Shown: piece after piece, positions 16,433 through 24,863 of the stretch
Layout: each line of letters begins with the position of its first letter
How positions within the stretch are numbered: position 1 is the stretch's first letter
Assembly: GCA_964532675.1 (NCBI GenBank)
Contig: CAZHIV010000227.1
Span: forward strand, 1 to 35,512
DNA length: 35,512 nucleotides
Direction: 5' to 3'
From: an uncultured Planctomycetaceae bacterium
Lineage (GTDB): Bacteria; Planctomycetota; Planctomycetia; Pirellulales; Lacipirellulaceae
Position numbers and translations under genes: made by a program
The notes under the pieces: model-generated
Databases searched by the model: none
What the model saw: the letters and a program-made list of their open reading frames with translations, nothing else
What the model was told of the DNA's origin: nothing

Positions 16433-17360
16433 AGGAACACGCGGCAATGCGTTTCACTTTGTTCACGTCGTCGGCCAATTGCCGAGCCAGGGCGTCGGGC
16501 GAGTCAAACGGCCGAATGTCTCGCAGGCGGCCCAGGAAGTCAACCTCCATCGGCTGGCCGTAAAGGGCCTCGTCGAAATCGACCAGGTGCACTTCCACGC
16601 GGACCGCCGCGTCGCCGAACGTGGGGCTGGGCCCCAAATTGATTGCCGCGGGCCGGCTCGCATCACCTAGCAACGCCCTGCCGGCGTACACGCCCTCGGC
16701 CGGGAGGAGCGTGTCGATGGCTTCCAGGTTGGCGGTCGGAAAGCCGATTTTTGCGCCGCGGCCGGCCCCATGCGTCACCATTCCGCGGATGCGGTATGGG
16801 ACCGATAGCAGCTTCTTCGCCTGCTCCACGTCGCCGGAGCGAATGAGGTCGCGGACTCGCGAACTGGATACGATCGAGCCATCGACGACGACTGGCGGCA
16901 CGACGTCGAGCAATACGTCGGCTGCGGCGGCAAGCTCGCGAAGGCGATCGATCGTGCCCTCGCGATTGTGGCCGAAGTAAAAGTTGGGCCCCTCTACCAA
17001 CGCGCGGGCGGCCAGCGCGCCGCGGACGATTTTGTCGAAGAACTCCGCGGCGGAAAGCGACAGCAGCGCCTCGTCGGTGGGATAGGCGACGATCCAATCG
17101 ACGCCCTGCGCGGCGAGCAACTCCGCTTTCCGCTCGGTCCACGTCAGCGGCGGCGGGCACTGCTCCGGACGCAGGATTCGCACGGGGTGCGGATCGAACG
17201 TGAACACGATCGCCGGTCCGCCGACCGCCGCGGCCTGCTCCAGCAGCCGGCGCACGATCGCGATGTGGCCCCGATGAACGCCGTCAAAATTTCCGATCGA
17301 CACGGCTCCGCCCCGCGCCGCCGCCGGAAGTCCATCGAGTTGCCGAAATATATGCATCAA
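16431..17360 (-). CDS. ribF: Bifunctional riboflavin kinase / FMN adenylyltransferase
   Basis: SIGNFDGVHRGHIAIV is the nucleotidyltransferase HxGH-type motif. The C-terminal riboflavin kinase blocks are GAGRGAKIGFPTANL and VEVHLVDFDEALYG. Confidence 0.9.
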   Translation of the reverse strand: MMHIFRQLDGLPAAARGGAVSIGNFDGVHRGHIAIVRRLLEQAAAVGGPAIVFTFDPHPVRILRPEQCPPPLTWTERKAELLAAQGVDWIVAYPTDEALLSLSAAEFFDKIVRGALAARALVEGPNFYFGHNREGTIDRLRELAAAADVLLDVVPPVVVDGSIVSSSRVRDLIRSGDVEQAKKLLSVPYRIRGMVTHGAGRGAKIGFPTANLEAIDTLLPAEGVYAGRALLGDASRPAAINLGPSPTFGDAAVRVEVHLVDFDEALYGQPMEVDFLGRLRDIRPFDSPDALARQLADDVNKVKRIAACS

Positions 17361-17380
17361 ACAAAAAGGCCGCTTGCGGC

Positions 17381-18253
17381 TTAGCGCACCGACCGAAATG
17401 CCTGGGGCAAGTAGTCGAGCAGGTCGCTCGCAATCATCGATACTTGCCCCAGCTCTTCGGCGGCCAGATCGCCGGCCTGCCCGTGAATGTGAACGCCCAG
17501 CCGCGCGGCGTCGAACGGGGCAAGTCCCTGACAGAGCAGGGCGGTGATGACGCCGGTCAGCACGTCCCCGGATCCACCAGTCGCCATGCCCGGATTGCCC
17601 GTTCGATTCACGCTCAATCGCACACCGTCGCTAACGATCGTGCCGTCGCCTTTGAGGACGACGACGGTGCTCTTCGTGGGGTCGCGACGCGCCAAGTCGG
17701 CCGCGGACTCGTTGCGCTTCTCGGCATCGTACGGCCGGGCCGAGAGGCGGGCGAACTCGCCAGGGTGCGGCGTGATGACCCGCGGTCCGCCGGGATTTGA
17801 TAGGGCGTCCGGTTGCTCGGCCAGTGCAAACAAAGCGTCGGCGTCGACGACCATTGTCCGATCGATGTCGCGGTAAAGGCGGGCGACGAATTTCGTGAGC
17901 GCGGCGGAGCGGCCGAGGCCCGGCCCCAGGCCGACGGCGGTTGCGTTTCGCGACAGCTCGATTACCTGGTCGACGGCCGACAGGGCGATTTGTCCCTCGT
18001 CGTCGTCCAGTCCGCGGGTCATATAGGACGGCTCGAACGCGGCGACGACATCTTGCACGGAGCGCGGCACAGCCAGCGTCGCCAGGCCGGCGCCGCTGCG
18101 CAGCGTCGCCTTGCCGGCCATCGCAATCGCCCCGCTCATGCCGCGCGAACCGCCGACCACAAGCGCTCGGCCGTAGTCGCCCTTGTGGCTGTCGGCCCGC
18201 CGGGCCGGCAGTTGGGGCAGGGCGCTCGCAGTGAGATCGTCGAATTCATTCAT
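17381..18253 (-). CDS. nnrD: ADP-dependent NAD(P)H-hydrate dehydratase (YjeF C-terminal domain only)
   Basis: Blocks HKGDYGRALVVGGSRGMSGAIAMAG and TGGSGDVLTGVITALL are present. At 290 aa it has no N-terminal epimerase domain. Confidence 0.85.
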   Translation of the reverse strand: MNEFDDLTASALPQLPARRADSHKGDYGRALVVGGSRGMSGAIAMAGKATLRSGAGLATLAVPRSVQDVVAAFEPSYMTRGLDDDEGQIALSAVDQVIELSRNATAVGLGPGLGRSAALTKFVARLYRDIDRTMVVDADALFALAEQPDALSNPGGPRVITPHPGEFARLSARPYDAEKRNESAADLARRDPTKSTVVVLKGDGTIVSDGVRLSVNRTGNPGMATGGSGDVLTGVITALLCQGLAPFDAARLGVHIHGQAGDLAAEELGQVSMIASDLLDYLPQAFRSVR

Positions 18254-19010
18254 CGCAATGCTTGGCTCTCGTGGCGATCAGGCCGGCGAGGTAGCCGGCT
18301 TTGAAGCCCGCGTCGATATTCACCACGGCGACGTTGGCCGCGCAACTGTTGAGCATGGAGAGCAGCGCGGAAACGCCGCCGAAATTCGCACCGTAGCCGA
18401 CGCTGGTGGGCACGGCGACGACCGGGCAAGCGACGTAGCCGCCGACCACGCTCGGCAGAGCCCCTTCCATGCCGGCCACCACGACGATCGCATCGGCATC
18501 CTGGAAGTCGGCCAGCCGGGCCGCGAGCCGCTGCGGGCCGGCCACGCCCACGTCGTGAATCATCGTTACCTGCACGCCCATCCATTCGAGCGTCTCGCGA
18601 GCTTCCTCGGCAACGGCCAGGTCGCCGGTGCCCGCCGAAATCACCGCGACATGCGCCGCGGTTCCCCTCCCTTTTAGGGAGGGGCTAGGGGAGGGTTCGA
18701 CCCGTACTGATGGAGCGCATGCCAGCCGAAACGTTCGTCCCACCGCATTGTAGCGCCCCTCGGGAAACGCCGCCGCCAGCCCGGCAGCCTGCTCGGGTGT
18801 GATCCGCGTCGCCAGCACCGGCTGGCCGTGCTCGACGAGCAGGGCGACGATCTCGCGCAGTTGCTCGACCGATTTACCGGGCCCGAACACGACCTCGGGA
18901 AAACCGCAGCGACGCTGGCGGTCGAGATCAAGCGTGACGGCAGACGACCCGGTGACGGCAGTCGGTTTCTCCCCTCCCTCGTAGGGAGGGGCTGGGGGAG
19001 GGTTCTTCAT
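18246..19010 (-). CDS. larB: LarB-like / PurE-related (AIR carboxylase family) protein
   Basis: The N-terminal block is LDLDRQRRCGFPEVVFGPGKS. The PurE-like domain reads VAVISAGTGDLAVAEEA...VAGMEGALPSVVGG...PVVAVPTSVGYG. The ATG at 19010 forms an ATGA overlap with the stop of the upstream PEP-CTERM gene. The gene contains two in-frame GC-rich elements. Confidence 0.75.
   Translation of the reverse strand: MKNPPPAPPYEGGEKPTAVTGSSAVTLDLDRQRRCGFPEVVFGPGKSVEQLREIVALLVEHGQPVLATRITPEQAAGLAAAFPEGRYNAVGRTFRLACAPSVRVEPSPSPSLKGRGTAAHVAVISAGTGDLAVAEEARETLEWMGVQVTMIHDVGVAGPQRLAARLADFQDADAIVVVAGMEGALPSVVGGYVACPVVAVPTSVGYGANFGGVSALLSMLNSCAANVAVVNIDAGFKAGYLAGLIATRAKHCDE
18664..18695. repeat. GC-rich palindrome plus G-tract element, copy 1 (in frame in larB)
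   Basis: The sequence is CCCCTCCCTtttAGGGAGGGGctaggggaggg, a 9-bp stem with a 3-nt loop followed by G-tracts. It is translated (minus strand) as PSPSPSLKGRG in the inter-domain linker. Confidence 0.8.
18971..19002. repeat. GC-rich palindrome plus G-tract element, copy 2 (in frame at the larB N-terminus)
   Basis: The sequence is CCCCTCCCTcgtAGGGAGGGGctgggggaggg. It is near-identical to copy 1 in the same orientation, 307 nt away, and is translated as NPPPAPPYEGG. Confidence 0.8.
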
Positions 19011-20638
19011 CCCCACAGTCTACCGCGCCCCGTTGCCCCCAGACAGAGACCGAGGATCAAGGGCAGCCCTGCGCCAGGCTCGGGCACGGCGGGGCCGAGA
19101 CCGGCGCCATTGCCGCCCGTCATGCCGAAGTTGTTCACCCAGTCGGTGTAACCTTGTGCCCCGTCGTACGAGTTGGGATCACTGCGCCACAAGGCGTAAT
19201 CGGCCGCGTCCACGGTTCCGTCGCCGTTATGATCGCCCGCAAATGCCGCCACGACTTCAAAGCCAATGGGGAATTGGAACAGCGCGTTCTGCACCGCCTG
19301 GCTCAAACTGCTCACGGTGATGGTCCCGGTCTTTAAGCCGACGGTTGATGTGTTGAGCGGGATATGGTGCGATTCGCCGCCGGCCAAAGCGAGCACCGAG
19401 TCCGAGACCGGAACGAACGCTCCATCGACGACGCTGCCGGAAACGGAAATTGTGTAGTCCAGCTCGTCGGCTCCGATCGCCGCCACGACGTCGGCGATGT
19501 TGCTCACCGTCACGTCGAGATCGAACGATTGCCCGAGGGTGAGCGTCGCGGGAACCGTGCCGGTGAACGCGTTCATGATGGCCGGAAGCTGATAGTCGGC
19601 CACTACAGGCAGGTGGTCGGTGACCGTGGCCAACGCGTTCAGAATCTCGTTCTTCGTGTGCGAGAGGACGCCCGGAAAGAAGATGCTGTTGCCGTCGTTG
19701 ATCGCACCGTTGAACGTCGAGCCGTTGTTGCCGAAAGCGCGGTACGAGCCGCTGATGTAGCTCAACCCCTCGCCGTCCAGGAACTCGCCCGTGACGAGCT
19801 GAAAATCGAAGCGGTCATCCATGCCGCCCCCGGAGCCGCAGCCCGAGACGCAGGGCGACTGGGTGTGGACATCGCGGAAATCGAAGTTGTCGTGCCACGG
19901 TCCCACGCGATTGATGGGATCATGGGCCTGCCCTGGGCCGGCCGCCGTTAAGGTGCCCCACGCCGGTTCATCCGAGTTGGAGTCGTAGAAGTTGTGATCG
20001 CCGGCGTAGATCACGTGCGCTCCTTCGCCGAGCGCATTATCAGAATTGTCGCGGATGGCCGTCGCCTCGACGTTTCGCCGCAAGGCGTTCGTTCCCGGTG
20101 CCGGCTGATCCTGGCTCGCCTTGTAATGGCTATTGTAAACGTAAAAGTCGGCGCTCGCGTCGTAGCCAACGGGCCGCAGTTGAAAGCGCAAAGCCTGACG
20201 TGGTTGACCGGAAACGCTCGTCGTTCCCACCGCCGTGTCGGCGATGAGCTGGACCGTTTCCGTCCGGTACACTAGCGTTTGGGTCCTATCGCCGAATCCG
20301 GTGCGGTCACTCATGTCGTAGTGGGCGCCCTGACCCGCATACATGCTGTTGAGCAACGAAACAAAGGCCTGCGTATTTGGCGAGGGACTGTTCGCCCCCG
20401 CGGAGGGATTGTTTTGTTCCTGCAGCAGGAGGATATCGATGGGCTTGGCAATTCCGTTGACAATGTGCTCGCCGATCGACCGCAGGACGATATCCATGTC
20501 CGTCGCCGGGGCGCCTCTCGTGTTGTAGCTGACGACCCGCAGTTGAGCCTGGGCGGCTTCCACGCACACCAGCAGGCCCAACAGCGGGAGCAGCCCGACC
20601 CGCGTTAGGTTGACCAAAAGGCAAGGCGAGTTCATCAT
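19007..20638 (-). CDS. Secreted endonuclease/exonuclease/phosphatase (EEP) family protein with dockerin-like motif and PEP-CTERM anchor
   Basis: The ATG at 20638 gives the signal peptide MMNSPCLLVNLTRVGLLPLLGLLVCVEAAQA. The EEP N-terminal blocks are LRVVSYNTRG and IDILLLQEQ. The C-terminus is GDHNGDGTVDAADYALWR...VPEPGAGLPLILGLCLGATGRGR. Confidence 0.75.
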   Translation of the reverse strand: MMNSPCLLVNLTRVGLLPLLGLLVCVEAAQAQLRVVSYNTRGAPATDMDIVLRSIGEHIVNGIAKPIDILLLQEQNNPSAGANSPSPNTQAFVSLLNSMYAGQGAHYDMSDRTGFGDRTQTLVYRTETVQLIADTAVGTTSVSGQPRQALRFQLRPVGYDASADFYVYNSHYKASQDQPAPGTNALRRNVEATAIRDNSDNALGEGAHVIYAGDHNFYDSNSDEPAWGTLTAAGPGQAHDPINRVGPWHDNFDFRDVHTQSPCVSGCGSGGGMDDRFDFQLVTGEFLDGEGLSYISGSYRAFGNNGSTFNGAINDGNSIFFPGVLSHTKNEILNALATVTDHLPVVADYQLPAIMNAFTGTVPATLTLGQSFDLDVTVSNIADVVAAIGADELDYTISVSGSVVDGAFVPVSDSVLALAGGESHHIPLNTSTVGLKTGTITVSSLSQAVQNALFQFPIGFEVVAAFAGDHNGDGTVDAADYALWRSDPNSYDGAQGYTDWVNNFGMTGGNGAGLGPAVPEPGAGLPLILGLCLGATGRGRLWG

Positions 20639-20803
20639 AGGTCGCAAGCTCCGCCCGTTATGGCGATGAATGCCTATTTTACCAGCCAGGTGCGCAAATG
20701 GGCCAATTAGGGGCGTCACCTCTCGAATCACGCTGATTGATGGCCGCACGGGCCCAATCCGCGGAAAATCGGAGGAATTCATGCGGTTTTCGCCAAGAAT
20801 TCA

Positions 20804-20831
20804 TTGACCAACGGTACACTACGAGTAAGAT
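20804..20831 (+). promoter_or_regulatory. Weak candidate promoter for the 20909 gene (TTGACC-N16-TAAGAT)
   Basis: The -35 ttgacc is at 20804..20809 and the -10 taagat at 20826..20831, in the 270-nt divergent spacer. A duplicated gaattcat motif lies just upstream (20775..20782 and 20797..20804). Confidence 0.2.
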
Positions 20832-20908
20832 CAGGATTGGATTAGTGTTGTCGCGATTCTCGAAGATGCAGGCGTCTAGGCATTTTGGCAAGCAGGAAGG
20901 AAGAGCGT

Positions 20909-22828
20909 ATGAGTATTCGCAATTGGTTAACGCAAACAGTCGCAGTTCTATCCGTCGTATCCCTTTATTCTCAGGTCGAGGCTCAAAACGACATTGTCGC
21001 CGAATGGACATTCGAGACGAGCGTTCCCGAGACCGCAGGGCCCCATGCACCCGAAACGGGGTCTGGTTCCGCCATCGGGTTCCATTCCAATGTGGCGGCC
21101 GTCTATAGCAATCCGGTCGGAAATGGAAGCGCGGAGTCGTTCAGCTCCAACAATTGGCTAGTCAACGACTATTATCAATTTCAAACTAGCACCCTCGGCC
21201 TGAGCGACATCGGGCTGATATTTGACCACACCGGCAGCAATACGGGGCCGCGAGACTTTCAATTCCAATACAGCACCAATGGCTCCACCTTTACGGATTT
21301 TGGTTCACCGTACATGCTGACGAACGATGGGTGGTCGTCGGGCGGCGCAACCACGGCAAGTACTCAAGTTTTTGACTTGACATCGATCGCAGCGCTCGAC
21401 AACCAGGCGGACGTTTACTTCCGGCTGCTGAATAACTCGACGACTGCGATTTCCAGTCCGAATCCCGTCGCACCGACCGGCTCGAGCCGAGTCGACAACG
21501 TGACGATCTACAGCGATTTCGTACCGCCCGATGAGCCGCCTCCTCCTCCCGATCCGCGCCTGCCGCAACCTGGTGATGTGGTCTTTGGGCTGAGCGTCGG
21601 CAGCGCGGCGAACACGCTTGAGTTAGTGAGTGGACCGGCTGCGATGGACGGCGGCAGCTTTGCCCCCGGCCCCTGGTCGAGCGACTCGTTTATCCAGTCC
21701 GTCGCGTTCGACAATTACGACGGGCAATCGCACAATGCCCGCGGCAACCTGCTGGGTGTCAATTTTTCCGTGGGCGGCGGCGGCAACAGTGGAGCGATTT
21801 ACAGCTTCGCCACCCAGGGATCGATCCCCGCGCCGGCCGCCCAGTTGATCGGCAATACGGGCGCCACCGACCCCGCCGGGCAGGACGGCAGCCTCACGCA
21901 ATCCGCGCTAGCTGGGCTCTCAGTCAGCCCGGCTAACTCCAAGGTCGCCGTGGTCGGCGTCGATACGGGCAGGGTGATCGTCTACGATTATACGCCCGGC
22001 GACACGATGGGTTCCGGCGCCGCGCTGGCTGACGGCCGAGAGTCGGCGGCGGTCCTCGATACGGGGTCCACGCAGGGAACCGCTTGGCTCGATGACGACA
22101 CCGTCCTGGCCTTTTCGGCCGGCGGAAATCTTTTTGAAGTCGATGCCGACACGATGGCAACTTCCAACGAGGCTACCGTCGAGACCACGATCGTCGGGAT
22201 TGGTACGTTCGCTGGCACACCCTCTGTCGGCAGCGATTTTGCGTCGCTTGCCTACAATCCGGACGTGTCGCAATATCTCTATGCCCTCTACAGCGGTTTT
22301 TCCGGAGAATTAGGGTCGATAACCCATTTGTACGTGTTGGATCCCAGCGATAGTTACAACCAACTGGCCGACATCGAATTGAGCGCGTCCTCGGAGACCG
22401 GCCGGGAAATCGCGCTGGACGCCGACGGCAACCTGTTTATCGGCGGTTTTGGCGGCACCATCGATTTTTTACCCGCCAGCGCGGTTCTGAACCCCGCCTC
22501 GCTGACCAATAACTCGTCGGTGGACTGGTACACGTCGTCGACATTCTCGGTCTTCAACGGCCTTGATATCGGCTTCGGCGAGGCGGGCCTGCCTGGCGAC
22601 CACAACCAGGACGGCACGGTGGATGCCGCCGATTATGCTTTGTGGCGCAGTGATCCAGGTGCGTACGATGGCGCCCAAGGGTACACCGATTGGGTCAACA
22701 ACTTCGGCGCGACGTCCGGTCCCGGAGCTGGAAGCGGCCCCGAGGCGGGCGCAGTGCCGGAGCCAACCAGCCTGGCGATGCTGCTGGTCGGCTTCATCGG
22801 CCTCTGGTCCGCACGCCGACGCGCCTAG
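20909..22828 (+). CDS. Large secreted protein of unknown family with dockerin-like motif and PEP-CTERM anchor
   Basis: The ATG at 20909 (MSIRNWL) is preceded by aggaaggaagag, and a signal peptide ends at VEAQ. The C-terminus is GDHNQDGTVDAADYALWR...VPEPTSLAMLLVGFIGLWSARRRA. A PPDEPPPPPDP linker is present, and the central region looks beta-propeller/repeat-like. Confidence 0.7.
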   Translation: MSIRNWLTQTVAVLSVVSLYSQVEAQNDIVAEWTFETSVPETAGPHAPETGSGSAIGFHSNVAAVYSNPVGNGSAESFSSNNWLVNDYYQFQTSTLGLSDIGLIFDHTGSNTGPRDFQFQYSTNGSTFTDFGSPYMLTNDGWSSGGATTASTQVFDLTSIAALDNQADVYFRLLNNSTTAISSPNPVAPTGSSRVDNVTIYSDFVPPDEPPPPPDPRLPQPGDVVFGLSVGSAANTLELVSGPAAMDGGSFAPGPWSSDSFIQSVAFDNYDGQSHNARGNLLGVNFSVGGGGNSGAIYSFATQGSIPAPAAQLIGNTGATDPAGQDGSLTQSALAGLSVSPANSKVAVVGVDTGRVIVYDYTPGDTMGSGAALADGRESAAVLDTGSTQGTAWLDDDTVLAFSAGGNLFEVDADTMATSNEATVETTIVGIGTFAGTPSVGSDFASLAYNPDVSQYLYALYSGFSGELGSITHLYVLDPSDSYNQLADIELSASSETGREIALDADGNLFIGGFGGTIDFLPASAVLNPASLTNNSSVDWYTSSTFSVFNGLDIGFGEAGLPGDHNQDGTVDAADYALWRSDPGAYDGAQGYTDWVNNFGATSGPGAGSGPEAGAVPEPTSLAMLLVGFIGLWSARRRA

Positions 22829-22863
22829 GATCGCTTCCGTTTGAGTCGCGAAATAAATCGAGA

Positions 22864-22894
22864 CCCATGGCTTCGCCAGAAGCCATGGGCTTTT
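22864..22894 (+). terminator. Rho-independent terminator after the 20909..22828 gene
   Basis: A perfect 11-bp stem (cccatggcttc / gaagccatggg) has a 4-nt loop (gcca) and is followed by cTTTTcgTT. It lies 36 nt after the stop codon. Confidence 0.6.
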
Positions 22895-23032
22895 CGTTCA
22901 CCCGTGTGAAAAATTCCTTGAGAAGGAAATAGACGATAACCGGTCGCCCACGCTATCATACGGGGGAGCCGGTGCCCATGGCCGTTCAGGTTGATCGTCC
23001 GAGGGGGACGGTTTGATGTGAGGACTTCCGGG

Positions 23033-24082
23033 ATGAAATCCAACCATTACCGCGGTTTCACGTTGGTGGAGCTGCTCGTGGTTATCGCGATTATCGGTAT
23101 TTTGGTGGCGCTGTTGCTGCCGGCCATCCAAGCCGCGCGGGAGGCGGCTCGTCGTACCCAGTGTGTCAACAACATCAAGCAGCTCGGCCTGGCGGTTCAC
23201 AACCACCTCACGGCCAAGAAAGACGAGCTCCCGGGCGGCGTCTTTCAGGAAAGTAAGATTCCGGGCGGTTTCCAGGGAGAGTCGTTGTTCGTCTTTCTCT
23301 TGCCGTATATGGAGGAACAGGCGCTGTTCGATAATTGGGATTTCAACTTGCGGGCAAATAACTCGAATACTCCCGACTCACCCGCCGCGGCCATCATCCA
23401 AACGCTGCTGTGCCCGTCGGACAATCCGGCCGATCGAGTATGCTATTTCGATACGAAAGCCGGCAACGCTGGGATGGCGTTTATCGGGTATTACGCGGTC
23501 ACCAGTTACGCCGGCAACCATGGAACGAAGAATTACTATCCGTTCGCGACTTCGGCGGGACCCGCATCAACGGATGATGGTATGTTTTGCGTTTGGGCTC
23601 GGCCCGGTTCGACGGCCGGTGTATGCTACGAGCGGCCGGGAGCGGCCCCTTGCGTGCGACACGATAGCGGCATCAGTTTCAGGTCGGTCACCGACGGCAC
23701 CAGCAAGACAATCTTGTTCGGCGAAAAATATAATGAGGACCCGGTGTTCGACAGTGGGCCATCGCAGGTCAGCGGGTTGGAAATCCACGAGTGGTCGCTG
23801 TGGGGATGGACCGGCGGCTTCAAAGGGACCGGGCACGCGACCCGCAGTGGCTGGCTTGAAATCAACCGGCAGTGCCCATACAGTTGTCAGGGTGCGACGT
23901 CGGGCACCCTTGCCACCCAATGCCAAGACGAGCGACTGACGACTTGGGGCAGCGGTCATCCGGGCGGCGCCAACTTCGTCATGGCCGACGGCTCGTCACG
24001 CTTTATTGCCGACTCCATTGCGATCATTACGCTCCAGGCGATGAGCACCCGCAACAAAGAGGAGGTCACTCCGGAGGAGTGA
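23033..24082 (+). CDS. DUF1559 / H-X9-DG prepilin-like protein (type IV pilin-like N-terminal methylation signal)
   Basis: The ATG at 23033 gives MKSNHYRGFTLVELLVVIAIIGILVALLLPAIQAAREAARR, a prepilin cleavage/methylation motif. The C-terminal block SGHPGGANFVMADGSSRFI is the H-X9-DG motif. This family is massively expanded in Planctomycetota. Confidence 0.85.
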   Translation: MKSNHYRGFTLVELLVVIAIIGILVALLLPAIQAAREAARRTQCVNNIKQLGLAVHNHLTAKKDELPGGVFQESKIPGGFQGESLFVFLLPYMEEQALFDNWDFNLRANNSNTPDSPAAAIIQTLLCPSDNPADRVCYFDTKAGNAGMAFIGYYAVTSYAGNHGTKNYYPFATSAGPASTDDGMFCVWARPGSTAGVCYERPGAAPCVRHDSGISFRSVTDGTSKTILFGEKYNEDPVFDSGPSQVSGLEIHEWSLWGWTGGFKGTGHATRSGWLEINRQCPYSCQGATSGTLATQCQDERLTTWGSGHPGGANFVMADGSSRFIADSIAIITLQAMSTRNKEEVTPEE

Positions 24083-24100
24083 CCTGGCTGTTGATTTCTC

Positions 24101-24541
24101 ATGCCCAAGCAGTTTGCCACCCTTCTTTGTCAGTTCCTTTGCCTGCTGGTTATCTCCGGCTGCCGGGAGGAGCCGGGGCCCGAGATCGCTTCCGTAGAGG
24201 GGGTCGTGCGCCTTAACGGGAAGCCCCAGCGCGGCTTAATGGTTCGTTTCTTGCCCGATCCCGAACAGGGAATTGCCGCGTCGATCGACGCCACAGGTAC
24301 GACCGACGAGCAAGGACAATACGTGTTGGAATACACGTACGAAGGCAACCAGGGTAAAGGAGCGCCGGTCGGATGGCATCGCGTCCTGGTGATCGATACC
24401 ACGCGGGGGCATACTCCGCAGGGGCAACAGCCGCGCCCCTCGTTGATTCCCATGGAATACGCAAGCCCGGCAACAACGCCCATCGCGAAGGAAGTAAAGC
24501 CCGACGGGCCGCAAACGATCGACATTGATATTCGCTTATAG
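24101..24541 (+). CDS. Small lipoprotein with carboxypeptidase-regulatory-like (transthyretin-like) fold, usual partner of DUF1559 genes
   Basis: A lipobox is present (LLVISGC). The beta-rich block VEGVVRLNGKPQRGLMVRFLP is typical of the small lipoproteins that follow DUF1559 genes. It lies 18 nt downstream of the previous gene. Confidence 0.6.
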   Translation: MPKQFATLLCQFLCLLVISGCREEPGPEIASVEGVVRLNGKPQRGLMVRFLPDPEQGIAASIDATGTTDEQGQYVLEYTYEGNQGKGAPVGWHRVLVIDTTRGHTPQGQQPRPSLIPMEYASPATTPIAKEVKPDGPQTIDIDIRL

Positions 24542-24718
24542 GGTCCGCGCTGCGAAGTGGTATGCGGGCCTAAAACCACAGTCGCAGTGATATTGCCCGG
24601 ATAGGGAGCTTTATTGAGGACTGCGCGGCGAATGAACCGATGCGGATCGCGGCTGTCAGCTGAACCAGTTTCAAAACCATCGATGCTTGCGGCACAGCGG
24701 CACAGTGGCAAAGTAGCA

Positions 24719-24803
24719 CAGTGGCACAGGCCGCTGGCCTGTGTCACAGTTTTGCAGTTTTCCGCACCGGCTAGCAGCCGGTGCCACTAATTTTTGAAAC
24801 GGG
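24719..24803. repeat. 85-nt double-hairpin repeat, copy A
   Basis: It is about 92% identical to 27674..27757 in direct orientation. Hairpin 1 is gtggCACAGGCCgctGGCCTGTGtcac followed by agTTTTg. Hairpin 2 is GCACCGGCTagcAGCCGGTGC followed by cactaaTTTTTg. It is preceded by degenerate GCACAG(C/T)GG mini-repeats at 24688..24730. Confidence 0.85.
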
Positions 24804-24863
24804 TCCCTATCAGCCGTCAGCTTTCAGCCAGAAAAGGTTCATTCACTGCGCAGGGTCAATAGG

